From Candidatus Latescibacterota bacterium (lineage in GTDB: Bacteria; Latescibacterota; UBA2968), in contig OZ242195.1 in NCBI GenBank assembly GCA_965205975.1, positions 1,504,001 to 1,568,000 of the forward strand: 64,000 nt of DNA, given 5' to 3'. How positions within the stretch are numbered: the stretch's first letter is position 1; each line of letters begins with the position of its first letter. This document shows positions 9,519 through 18,666 of this stretch, piece by piece. The position numbers and the translations under genes are program-made. The notes under the pieces were generated by a model that saw only the letters and a program-made list of their open reading frames with translations, was not told the DNA's origin and made no database searches.

Positions 9519-11195
9519 ATGCAGACCAACTACGACGTCAACATGCAATTAGACATAAAAGTGCCCATGCGAGATGGTATCAATCTCTCTGCCGATATCT
9601 ACCTGCCTCGTGCACGCGAGAAATTCCCCACCGTACTTATGCGAACGCCTTATGACAACAACGCCGACAACATGGTGGAAAAAGCCCGGCGGCTTGCCAA
9701 CAACGGCTATGCTTGTATTATTCAAGACTGCCGAGGGCGATGGGACTCAGAAGGAGAATATTACGCCTTTCGGGAAGGCGAAGACGGATACGATACTCAG
9801 GAGTGGATCGGCAAACAAAAATGGTGCGATGGCAAAATCGGCATGGCTGGCAGTTCCTATGGCGGCACAGTCCAGTGGCGCAGTGCGCCGTATCGCAGCC
9901 AGTACCTCAAATGCATCACACCCCGGGTTATATGCACGGACTATTACTCCGGCCTCGTCCACCCCGGCGGTGCATTTCAACTCAACGTCATGATGACCTG
10001 GGGCATGCGCACCAATGCCCGCACTGCGCAGACCATCGAATTCCACAACTGGACCGAAGCCTTTCGCGCATTGCCCCTCATCGAAATGGACGAACAGGCT
10101 GGCCGCAACCTGAATTTCTGGAAAGACTGGGTCGAACATGATGCTTACGACGACTATTGGGAGCAATTCAACGACGAAACCAAATGGGGTGAAATCGCCG
10201 TCCCCGCGTTCAACATGGGCGGTTGGTACGATCTTTACGCGGCACAAACCTTCACCAACTTCAACGGCCTGCGCCTGCACGGTCGCACCGAAGAAGCAAA
10301 AAAGAGCAAACTCATCGTCGGCCCCTGGCCACATTCTCTTAGCCTATCGCCCAAAACCGGCGACATTGACTTTGGCGCACCGTCGATGGTCGATCTGGAA
10401 AGTCTTGAACAGCGCTGGTTCGACCACTGGCTCAAAGGTATTGACAATGGCATCGCAGATGAACCGCCTTTGCGCCTCTTTATTATGGGCATCAACCAGT
10501 GGCGCGATGAACGCGAATGGCCGCTTGCGAGAACCCAATGGCAAAAATGGCACCTGCACTCCGGCGGCAGTGCCAACACACTACTCGGCAACGGCACGCT
10601 CTCCACAGCATCACCGGAGAACGAATCGCCCGACCACTACACTTACGACCCGCACTACCCGGTCCCCACGATGGGTGGCAACAACTGTTGCTCACCGCAC
10701 ATCGTACCGTGGGGTCCCTATGACCAGCGTCCCGTAGAGATGCGTAGCGACGTACTCTGTTATACCAGTGATCCTCTTGAAACCCCCCTGGAAGTCACGG
10801 GTCCTATCAAAGCCGTCATCTACGCCGCCACCGACTGCACAGACACGGACTGGACCGCCAAGCTCGTCGATGTATCGCCCACCGGATATGCTATGAACCT
10901 CTGCGACGGCATCTTGCGTGCGCGCTTTCGGGAAAGCCTCACCAACCCCACCTTGCTCAAACCCGGCAGCATCTATGCCTACGAAATTGACCTCGGCGTA
11001 ACCGGAAACGTCTTCAAAAAAGGCCACCGCATCCGCCTCGAAATATCTTCTTCCAATTTCCCCCGGTTCGACCGCAACCTCAATACAGGCGGCTCGCTGG
11101 GGCGTGAGACCGAGATGCGCCAGGCCCATCAGACCGTCTATCACTCAAAAGCATACCCATCCCACATCACGCTACCCGTCATCCCTGCGACATAG
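9519..11195 (+). CDS. CocE/NonD-family serine hydrolase
   Basis: MRDG..L.AD, RTPY, QDCRGR, nucleophile GSSYGG, GGWYD, GPWPH and SSNFPRFDRN. Confidence 0.93.
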   Translation: MQTNYDVNMQLDIKVPMRDGINLSADIYLPRAREKFPTVLMRTPYDNNADNMVEKARRLANNGYACIIQDCRGRWDSEGEYYAFREGEDGYDTQEWIGKQKWCDGKIGMAGSSYGGTVQWRSAPYRSQYLKCITPRVICTDYYSGLVHPGGAFQLNVMMTWGMRTNARTAQTIEFHNWTEAFRALPLIEMDEQAGRNLNFWKDWVEHDAYDDYWEQFNDETKWGEIAVPAFNMGGWYDLYAAQTFTNFNGLRLHGRTEEAKKSKLIVGPWPHSLSLSPKTGDIDFGAPSMVDLESLEQRWFDHWLKGIDNGIADEPPLRLFIMGINQWRDEREWPLARTQWQKWHLHSGGSANTLLGNGTLSTASPENESPDHYTYDPHYPVPTMGGNNCCSPHIVPWGPYDQRPVEMRSDVLCYTSDPLETPLEVTGPIKAVIYAATDCTDTDWTAKLVDVSPTGYAMNLCDGILRARFRESLTNPTLLKPGSIYAYEIDLGVTGNVFKKGHRIRLEISSSNFPRFDRNLNTGGSLGRETEMRQAHQTVYHSKAYPSHITLPVIPAT

Positions 11196-11209
11196 CAGCG
11201 GAGAATAAT

Positions 11210-12001
11210 ATGTCAGACTCTCGACCAAATATCCTGCTCATCATGACCGACCAGCAACGCGGCGACTGCATAGGTCTCGACCCCAACGCCTGGCAAATTT
11301 GCCTTGACAAACACGACATGCGCTGTTCTCGGGCGGCTTATTACGGTATGATCAACTTTATAGACGAGCAGATCGGTCGCCTCATCCAATATACCGGCGG
11401 TCTCAACAACTGCCTGACCATCTTCACATCTGACCACGGCGAAATGCTGGGCGACCACAATCTCTTTCGCAAAACCTGGCCATACGAAGCGTCTGCTCGA
11501 ATTCCATTTCTCATACGCGCCCCTAAAAAATGGGGGTACCCAGGAGAAATAACTTGCAAAAGTCCCGTCGGCATTCAGGACATTATGCCTACTATCCTCG
11601 ATGCGGCCAGCATCGACATCCCCGATACCTGCACGGGCAAAAGCCTTCTGCCCGTCATGCAAGGCGACACCGACCACGTCCGGGAATTTTTACACGGAGA
11701 ACACGCTGGCTGCTACGAATACGACCACGGCAACCACTATATCACAGACGGACACCACAAATACATCTGGTATTCTCAAACGGGTGAAGAACATCTTTTC
11801 AACCTAGACGAAGATCCCCATGAAATGCGCGACATCACGCGCAATCCCAACTCTGAAATACAACCCTGGCGAAATCGTCTCATCGAATTCCTCAAAGACC
11901 GTCCAGAAGGTTTTACCGATGGCACGCATTTAATCCCCGGCCAGCCCCACGAAGAACTCCTGCCGGACTATGACCCCGAAGCAACCTACCCGCATTTGTG
12001 A
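11210..12001 (+). pseudogene. Sulfatase with a large in-frame internal deletion
   Basis: N-terminal PNILLIMTDQQR joins directly to the C-terminal half (YYGMINFID, TSDHGEMLGDH, LFNL..DP.E). The CxPxR formylglycine motif is absent and the protein is only 263 aa. Confidence 0.75.
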
Positions 12002-12023
12002 GGAATCACCAACCTTTCATCCC

Positions 12024-12053
12024 AACCGCCCAACACAACGGGCGGTTTTTTTT
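12024..12053 (+). terminator. Rho-independent terminator
   Basis: AACCGCCC...GGGCGGTT stem followed by a T-run. Confidence 0.8.
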
Positions 12054-12132
12054 GTGTCTTTTGAAGCAACTTCTGCGCATCTTAGCGGTTAAAATAAAAA
12101 TATCCCGTTCCCCCCACCCCAGGAGACACCAG

Positions 12133-14223
12133 ATGATATTGCGAATGCTATTAGTTCTCATATTCGTCACACCAATAAATGTCGCAGGGGCAAATATCGA
12201 TTCTTTGCTCATTGCAGCCTCAGATACAACGCGTGGGTTTGATGAACGCGAGTCGCTGTTAAAAGAGGCTACAAAAAGCGATCCATTGGGACGCGCAGCC
12301 CACGCACTGGGCGCATTGTACATGTTGCAGGGCAAAGGTCATGTACACAGTGCAGAGCGATGGTTGAAAAGGGCGATGCAAAAACAACCCAATAATGGAA
12401 ATATCTTGACCTCGCTGGCCGAGTATTACTGGCGTATCGGGCGGCGAACAACCGCTATCGTATATGCCAAGCGGGGTATTGAACGCGACCCCGACAATGT
12501 GGGACCATTGTATTGGGCGGCACGCTTTGAGATGTGGAATATGACGCGGTATCTCGATGCCGAGCGCAGAATTGTGAATTATGGTTCGGATCCCAGATAT
12601 AGGCCAACGGTCAGAACATTGAGTTTGGAAAATTACGGCATTGAGGCGCGCGATGCGGCCATTGGATATTTGACGCGTGCAATTGCCAAACATCCAGACC
12701 ACTGGCCCTCCCATCACTTATTGGGGCTGATCTATTACGAAGGCCGAATGGCTCGTGAATTGATTCCCCTATTTGAAAATTATGTGCAACGGCATCCCGA
12801 CAATGCCCATGCACATTTTTTTGTGGGATTGGGGTATCAAGCTGAGGACCGGTTGCAGGATGCGTATGCCTCTTATACCACGGGACTTTCGCGCATGGCA
12901 GAAGAAGAACAACGCTTTATGATGGGCGTGTTCGTGCTCGCCGACCCCGACTCAACTACGCCAGATTACGCGGCCATTCGCAAATTCTGGACGGGACGCG
13001 ATCCATTGTACTTGACCGAATACAACGAGCGATTACTCGAACACTGTCGGCGCGTGGCTTATGCCAATTTGCGATTTGGCGACCCCCTCAAAGGCATTCC
13101 CGGCTGGACAACGGATAAAGGACAGGTTTATATCCGCTATGGTCATCCAGTATCTCTGGTGGCGAGACCTGCGGAGTTTCGCACAGGTGTGGATTTGCCC
13201 GGGTATATGCAAGATTATCTGGCCTGGCGGGCGCGGTGGCAGATGATGTCGCATAATTACGAGCATCGGAAGGAATTGTGGCGATACGAAGGCTTTACCA
13301 TCATTTTTGAAAATACGGACACGCGCGATCACTGGAATTTCCGCCTGGGCTGGTTGGATTCTGAAATGAATCCTCTGGGCTTTAAGATGTTTGTCGAGCG
13401 CAAATCCGACCATTTTCGAGACCCGTACTGGCACGAGCGATACAACGCGCCACATCAGATCGCGCAGTTTCGCGGAGAAGACGACAAAGCGCGTGTTGAA
13501 GTGTATTATGCTCTGGACGCCGATGAGGTCGAAACAAAAAACCTCCGCCCCGGAATAAAAAGCGTCAATCTGCGCCAGGGCCTGTTCCTTTTTGACGCTC
13601 AATGGGACACATTGCGTCGGGATATAAATCGGGTGCAGCGCATGCCCATCGTGAAGTACGACGCACTTGGCACGGGTTATTTGCTGGCAGGTGATCGGCT
13701 CAATTTGAAATCTGGGCGTTATTATCTATCGGCAGAAGTTGAGGATCGCGCAAAAGAATCTGTGGGCACATTTCGCGATACGCTCGATGTGAAACAATTT
13801 TCAAAAGATCAGCTAGACGTCAGCGATTTGTTGATCGCACGGCGTATAGTTGAACGCGAAGACCGCCCCTTTGGTCGCAATCGCTTTCTCATATTGTCAA
13901 ATCCCTTGCGGCAATATGAGCACAACGGTCAAGCCGTGGTGTATTTTGAGGTTTACAACTTACAGCGCGATAACTTCGGCGCAACCCATTACAAGCTCAC
14001 CTTTCAAGTACGGGCACTGAGCGATACCGGAGATGTAGAGCAGGCGGATTGGGTAACAGCTATATCTTATGAACAACGCGGCAACCGCGACTGGGAGCCG
14101 TTGTTTTTGGCATTGGCACTGGATAAAACCATGCCGGGGCCCAAAGCACTGCGCGTAGTGGTCGAAGATTTGCAAACTCTGGAAATAGCGCGTTCAACAA
14201 CGCAGTTTCGCGTGATGTGGTAG
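12133..14223 (+). CDS. Secreted TPR- and GWxTD-domain protein
   Basis: RBS AGGAG before ATG 12133, signal peptide, TPR-like repeats, and RVAYAN..F....GWTTDKGQVYIRYG. Confidence 0.85.
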   Translation: MILRMLLVLIFVTPINVAGANIDSLLIAASDTTRGFDERESLLKEATKSDPLGRAAHALGALYMLQGKGHVHSAERWLKRAMQKQPNNGNILTSLAEYYWRIGRRTTAIVYAKRGIERDPDNVGPLYWAARFEMWNMTRYLDAERRIVNYGSDPRYRPTVRTLSLENYGIEARDAAIGYLTRAIAKHPDHWPSHHLLGLIYYEGRMARELIPLFENYVQRHPDNAHAHFFVGLGYQAEDRLQDAYASYTTGLSRMAEEEQRFMMGVFVLADPDSTTPDYAAIRKFWTGRDPLYLTEYNERLLEHCRRVAYANLRFGDPLKGIPGWTTDKGQVYIRYGHPVSLVARPAEFRTGVDLPGYMQDYLAWRARWQMMSHNYEHRKELWRYEGFTIIFENTDTRDHWNFRLGWLDSEMNPLGFKMFVERKSDHFRDPYWHERYNAPHQIAQFRGEDDKARVEVYYALDADEVETKNLRPGIKSVNLRQGLFLFDAQWDTLRRDINRVQRMPIVKYDALGTGYLLAGDRLNLKSGRYYLSAEVEDRAKESVGTFRDTLDVKQFSKDQLDVSDLLIARRIVEREDRPFGRNRFLILSNPLRQYEHNGQAVVYFEVYNLQRDNFGATHYKLTFQVRALSDTGDVEQADWVTAISYEQRGNRDWEPLFLALALDKTMPGPKALRVVVEDLQTLEIARSTTQFRVMW

Positions 14224-14310
14224 CTCACCACTAAAAGCTCAACTCGGCTTTTGCCACAGCAATTGAAGACACCCAAATCAATTTTTTTATTTTTTATTTT
14301 TCCATTAAAA

Positions 14311-14353
14311 TAAAAAAAGCCTTTGAAGCGTATATCTTCAGAGGCTTTTTTTA
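14311..14353. terminator. Bidirectional terminator-like hairpin
   Basis: AAAAAAAGCCTTTGAAG...CTTCAGAGGCTTTTTTT. Confidence 0.75.
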
Positions 14354-14370
14354 ATATCTAACGCCAAAAC

Positions 14371-14405
14371 TTGATTTGTCTGAAGTTGTTATATACATTG
14401 ATGTA
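14371..14405 (+). promoter_or_regulatory. Promoter with overlapping operator palindrome
   Basis: TTGATT-N17-TACATT, with a TACAT-N2-ATGTA inverted repeat over the -10 box, as expected for antitoxin autorepression. Confidence 0.55.
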
Positions 14406-14416
14406 CAGGAGGAAAA

Positions 14417-14644
14417 ATGAGAACTGTTACATCTACTGAATTTCGTCAGCAGGCGACGGCGTATTTAAATGCTGTTGAACAGGGCGAGACATTTCGTATT
14501 TTGCGATATGGCAAGCCTATTGCTGATCTAAAACCAATAGGCACAGCCGTGCCTGCCTGGAAACGGTGTATTGAACCGATCACGCTAAAAGGTATTTCTG
14601 TTTCGGATATGATAATAAAAGAAAGAGATGAGTACGGACGATGA
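14417..14644 (+). CDS. Phd/YefM-family antitoxin (orphan)
   Basis: MRTVTSTEFRQ...LNAVEQGETFRILRYGKPIA with an AGGAGG RBS. Confidence 0.85.
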   Translation: MRTVTSTEFRQQATAYLNAVEQGETFRILRYGKPIADLKPIGTAVPAWKRCIEPITLKGISVSDMIIKERDEYGR

Positions 14645-14690
14645 ATGTTTTTTTAGTCACTTTTTACCGCGATCCAATAGGAGGCAAGCG

Positions 14691-15260
14691 ATGGACGTTT
14701 TGGAAGCTATTCACACGCGGCGCACAATTTTTAAGTTCAAACCGGGCGGTGTGCCCAAAGATGTGATTGAAAAAATTTTTGAAGCCGGTCTTTGGGCACC
14801 CAATCACCATTTGACAGAACCGTGGCGATTTGTAGTCCTGGGAGAAGAGACCAAAGAAATACTGGCGCAACGCTACAGCGAAATTCAGGAGGAAAAAGCC
14901 GCCGAAAATGCCAGCGATGAAGCCAGGCGAATATTAAAAGAAGCCGGTTATGCCAAGTTCATGTCAAAGCCCACAATTATTGCAGTGGCGTGTTTGCAAG
15001 ATGGTGATGATATCAAAAATCGGGAAGATTATGCAGCCTCGTGTTGCGCCATGCAAAATATTCAGTTGGCTGCCTGGGCAGAAGGGGTTGGCATGCAGTG
15101 GAGCACGGGGCCGATCACGCTGGAAGAAAACACCTACAAATTGCTGGGTGTAGATACCGGGAACGAATATATCATCGGATTTTTCTATACTGGATATCCC
15201 GATGAAATTCCAGAACCGAGGCGCAAGCCCCTCGAAGAAGTACTGAGCTGGACGGATTGA
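14691..15260 (+). CDS. Nitroreductase-family flavoprotein (YdjA-like)
   Basis: AIHTRRTI, WAPNH.LTEPWRF and QNIQLAAWAEG motifs. RBS AGGAGG before ATG 14691. Confidence 0.9.
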   Translation: MDVLEAIHTRRTIFKFKPGGVPKDVIEKIFEAGLWAPNHHLTEPWRFVVLGEETKEILAQRYSEIQEEKAAENASDEARRILKEAGYAKFMSKPTIIAVACLQDGDDIKNREDYAASCCAMQNIQLAAWAEGVGMQWSTGPITLEENTYKLLGVDTGNEYIIGFFYTGYPDEIPEPRRKPLEEVLSWTD

Positions 15261-16090
15261 TTCCGCTAACCATGAATGGCTTTGAATTTTTTATCCTCTA
15301 TCGCCTGCCCTATTTTGCATTGCCTTTCTATCTTATCATGCTTGGCGTGCGAATATGGGTGTGGATGCGGTTTTACAACCCCGCGCTCAAGCTATTGCCA
15401 CGCGCCAGAGGATCTGTATATGGCGTGTGGAAGCAGCAGTACCGCCCAACCATTCACATTTTTCCCGGATCGCGCTCACAAAGGACAGAATGGAAACGCG
15501 CTATAAAGGGCTTTGTTTTTTTTACTGGTCTCTACAAGCGTGACAAAGTGCTGTGGATGGGTTCCTGGTCCCTCCATTTGGGGCTGCTCCTGGTAATTGT
15601 TGCCCATGCCCGCGTGATTTTACCGCTTGACCTAGATCTGATCTGTTTGCGCGTCGCATTGATCGGCAGTGGACTGATGACAGTGTCGGGCACTTATTTG
15701 TTGCTGCGTCGCATAATCATTCAACGCGTGCGGGAAATTACGGACTTTCGGGACTATCTGGCGGAATTCATCCTCCTGTTTTTTTCTTTAACAGCATTTC
15801 TCGTGATGTTAGACGGTGGCGTGTCATCCGAAGCCCTGCGCCACTATGTATCTGGGCTGTTGATGAACACAGTGGAAGTTATTGAAGTGCCACACATTTT
15901 TGTCTGGCACATGCTCGCCGCCCAGCTATTATTGATTGTGATCCCATTTTCCCATCTGTTGCATCTGGGCGGGATTTTTTTCAGTCGCGAATTTCTGGGC
16001 ACGTCCGATACATTTGCTGGAGAATTTGGATCAGAATTTTCAGGATTAAATGATGAACAGGATGAAAAACCACTAACCACTAACCACTAA
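15257..16090 (+). CDS. DsrM/NarI-like dihaem cytochrome b membrane subunit
   Basis: About 5 TM helices, His pairs in LHLGLLLVIVAH and WHMLAAQ...PFSHLLH, and LLLRRI...VREIT...DY. Confidence 0.8.
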   Translation: MIPLTMNGFEFFILYRLPYFALPFYLIMLGVRIWVWMRFYNPALKLLPRARGSVYGVWKQQYRPTIHIFPGSRSQRTEWKRAIKGFVFFTGLYKRDKVLWMGSWSLHLGLLLVIVAHARVILPLDLDLICLRVALIGSGLMTVSGTYLLLRRIIIQRVREITDFRDYLAEFILLFFSLTAFLVMLDGGVSSEALRHYVSGLLMNTVEVIEVPHIFVWHMLAAQLLLIVIPFSHLLHLGGIFFSREFLGTSDTFAGEFGSEFSGLNDEQDEKPLTTNH

Positions 16091-16091
16091 C
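16068..16091. repeat. Heptamer tandem repeat (AACCACT)x3 + AAC
   Basis: Directly visible. It spans the stop codon of the DsrM-like gene and lies just before the TTG of the DsrK-like ORF. Confidence 0.9.
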
Positions 16092-16094
16092 TGC

Positions 16095-17462
16095 TTGAGA
16101 ATCAGAAAATTGGAAAAGCCAGATAAAACAGAACGAGAAAAAAAATACATTCCAACAGGCCTGGCTGGCACGTATATGCGGCGCATTGCCGAATCGGATC
16201 CCTTTGTCCGCGAGATTCAGGACGAACCATCGGCGTTGCGCCTGTACATGGATACGTGTACCAAATGTGGGGTGTGCGCGCAGGAATGCCCGGTGTATTA
16301 CGGGCAACCCGACAAGCGCATGCATCCGGTGGAACGCTCTCGGCAAGTGATTCGTTTATACAAAAAGTACACGACATTTTGGGGACGGTTTTGGAATGCC
16401 ATTTTTCCAAAGCCAGATTTTGAAAATAATGATGCCGAGCTATTTTCCGAGCGCATGTACGAGTGTTTGACGTGTCGGCGGTGTGCGGCATTTTGTCCTG
16501 TGGGAATCGATCATTCGGTGATCTCGCGCGTTGGACGCTCGCTTGTCGATTTAATGGGTTTGACGCCGCCGTCCCTTGCACAGGGTACGCACAATTCGTT
16601 TGAAACAGGCAATTTAGAAGGCGCGTCAGCCGAGGCATTTTTAGACGCGATTCAATTTATCGAAGAAGAGCTCAAAGAAGAAACAGGACGGGATATTGCC
16701 ATTCCTTTAGACCGCGAAGGCGCGGAAATTTTCTTTTTGCCGCCGTCGGGTGATGTGCTGGTTTATGCTGAAAACTTAATGGGTATGGCAAAAATTTTTC
16801 ACGCCATCGGTGCCGATTGGACGATGAGCTCGCGGGCATTTGATGGATCGAATTTCGGATTTACGACCGGCAACAACTTCTCAATGAAGTACGAGAACAA
16901 GCACTACATCGACGCATGCGAAAAATTGGGATGTAAGATCATGGTAATGGGTGAATGCGGACATGCGTATCGGGTGATGAAGTTCATGGCCAGCGAAGGA
17001 CGCTGGTGGGGTGCATTGCCTTTTGAGATTACCAGTGGGTTTGAATATACGGCACAACTTATTCGCACGGGCAAACTGAAATTGGACCCGGATAAAAATC
17101 CCGATCCCGTGACCTATCACGACGCTTGCCAATTTGCTGCTGGGTGTGGAATTGTCGAGGAACCCAGAGAGATTTTGAAAGCGGCCTGTGTCGATTACCG
17201 CGAAATGCCCGATGGCGGGTACACACAGTGGTGTTGCGGTGGTGGCGGTGGGTTATCGGCACTGCGCTCGGTGCGCGCGTTTCGGATGGAGGTCTCGGGC
17301 AAAAAGAAAGCAGAGCAAATGCGCGAGACCGATGCGAAGATCGTATCAACTTCGTGTTTGCAGTGCCGCACACAACTCAAAGAAATCGCGCGTCATCACA
17401 AAATGCCACTAGAAATTACAGGTGTACACGAGTTGGTAAACAATGCGATTGTACTGGAATAG
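16095..17462 (+). CDS. DsrK/TmcB/HdrD-like Fe-S protein with CCG domain
   Basis: CTKCGVCAQECP and CLTCRRCAAFCP (two [4Fe-4S] sites), ECGH, and YHDAC...CCGGGGG...SCLQC. Start codon uncertain (TTG, no RBS). Confidence 0.85.
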   Translation: MRIRKLEKPDKTEREKKYIPTGLAGTYMRRIAESDPFVREIQDEPSALRLYMDTCTKCGVCAQECPVYYGQPDKRMHPVERSRQVIRLYKKYTTFWGRFWNAIFPKPDFENNDAELFSERMYECLTCRRCAAFCPVGIDHSVISRVGRSLVDLMGLTPPSLAQGTHNSFETGNLEGASAEAFLDAIQFIEEELKEETGRDIAIPLDREGAEIFFLPPSGDVLVYAENLMGMAKIFHAIGADWTMSSRAFDGSNFGFTTGNNFSMKYENKHYIDACEKLGCKIMVMGECGHAYRVMKFMASEGRWWGALPFEITSGFEYTAQLIRTGKLKLDPDKNPDPVTYHDACQFAAGCGIVEEPREILKAACVDYREMPDGGYTQWCCGGGGGLSALRSVRAFRMEVSGKKKAEQMRETDAKIVSTSCLQCRTQLKEIARHHKMPLEITGVHELVNNAIVLE

Positions 17463-17472
17463 CCGATAGCTC

Positions 17473-18666
17473 ATGTCTCATTTAATTTACATGGACAACG
17501 CAGCGACGACATTTCCAAAGCCCCCCAATGTGCTGGAAGACGCGCTGGCGTTCTATCGAAAATACGGGGTAAACCCCGGGCGCAGTGGCACGGATCTGGC
17601 GCGAGAGGCCGAGGATATGGTTGCCGAGACGCGGGCATCGCTCGCTTCGTTTTTTGGTGCCACGGGCAGTCCAGATCGGCTTGTGTTTACACACAATGCC
17701 TCGGATGCGTTGAATATTGCTATTCAGGGCACATTGAAACCCGGCGATCACGTAATTACAACCTGTCTGGATCACAATTCGGTTTTGCGTCCGATTTACC
17801 ATCTCTCAAAATACGAGGGAATTGAGGCGACTTATGTAGGCTTTGGAGTAGATGGCTTTATCGACCCCGAAGATGTTGTCAGAGCGATCAAACCCAATAC
17901 AAAACTCGTAGTAATGACCCATGCATCCAATGTACTGGGCACTGTGCAACCCGTAGCAGCAGTCGGTGCAATCTGCCGCGCACGCGGTGTAATTTTCTGC
18001 GTTGATGTGGCGCAAACAGCGGGTATGTTGCCCATTGATATGGAGGCGATGCAGGCCGATATCCTGTGTTTTACCGGACACAAGTCACTCATGGGGCCAA
18101 CGGGTACCGGTGGGATGTACGTGCGCGAAGGCGTGACAATTGCACCGTTGCGATACGGTGGAACGGGTGTGCGATCAGAGTATCCCGATCACCTAAGCGA
18201 GTATCCCTGGCGATTGGAGTGTGGCACGGGCAATCTGATGGGCATTGCAGGGCTGTTGCACGCGCAAAAATGGATGCGCCGCGAAGGCGTGGAAAATATT
18301 CAGGCACGCGAGATGGCTTTGTTCAAACAACTGGTCAATGGCCTGCGCGAAGTCGATGGAACCATTTTGTATTGCGCTGAAAATCACGATCAACACGTGC
18401 CCGTATTGTCGGCCAATATCGAAGGGATGACAGCGAATAATGTGGGTACATTGCTGGATGTGAAGTTCAATGTGGCAACACGCACGGGATTGCAATGCGC
18501 GCCAAAGGTACATGAAATCCTGGGTACGAAAGCGATGAAGGGTACGGTGCGACTCTCACTAGGCCCCTTCAATACCGAAGCGCAGATAGAAACTGTGATT
18601 GAGGGCTTGAGCGATATTTCCCAACGGCACGGACGAATAAAAGGTCAGGTGCGGAATGGCGTATGA
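17473..18666 (+). CDS. Cysteine desulfurase (class V PLP enzyme, SufS/group II-like)
   Basis: YMDNAATT, HASNVLG, DVAQTAG, the PLP lysine in TGHK and the catalytic Cys in RTGLQCAP. Confidence 0.9.
   Translation: MSHLIYMDNAATTFPKPPNVLEDALAFYRKYGVNPGRSGTDLAREAEDMVAETRASLASFFGATGSPDRLVFTHNASDALNIAIQGTLKPGDHVITTCLDHNSVLRPIYHLSKYEGIEATYVGFGVDGFIDPEDVVRAIKPNTKLVVMTHASNVLGTVQPVAAVGAICRARGVIFCVDVAQTAGMLPIDMEAMQADILCFTGHKSLMGPTGTGGMYVREGVTIAPLRYGGTGVRSEYPDHLSEYPWRLECGTGNLMGIAGLLHAQKWMRREGVENIQAREMALFKQLVNGLREVDGTILYCAENHDQHVPVLSANIEGMTANNVGTLLDVKFNVATRTGLQCAPKVHEILGTKAMKGTVRLSLGPFNTEAQIETVIEGLSDISQRHGRIKGQVRNGV

Noticed and set aside
11998..12132. ORF-track N-terminal extensions (also 655-843, 14628-14690, 21701-21754, 44077-44154)
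   Set aside because: They run through terminators or upstream genes. Better-supported downstream ATGs were used.
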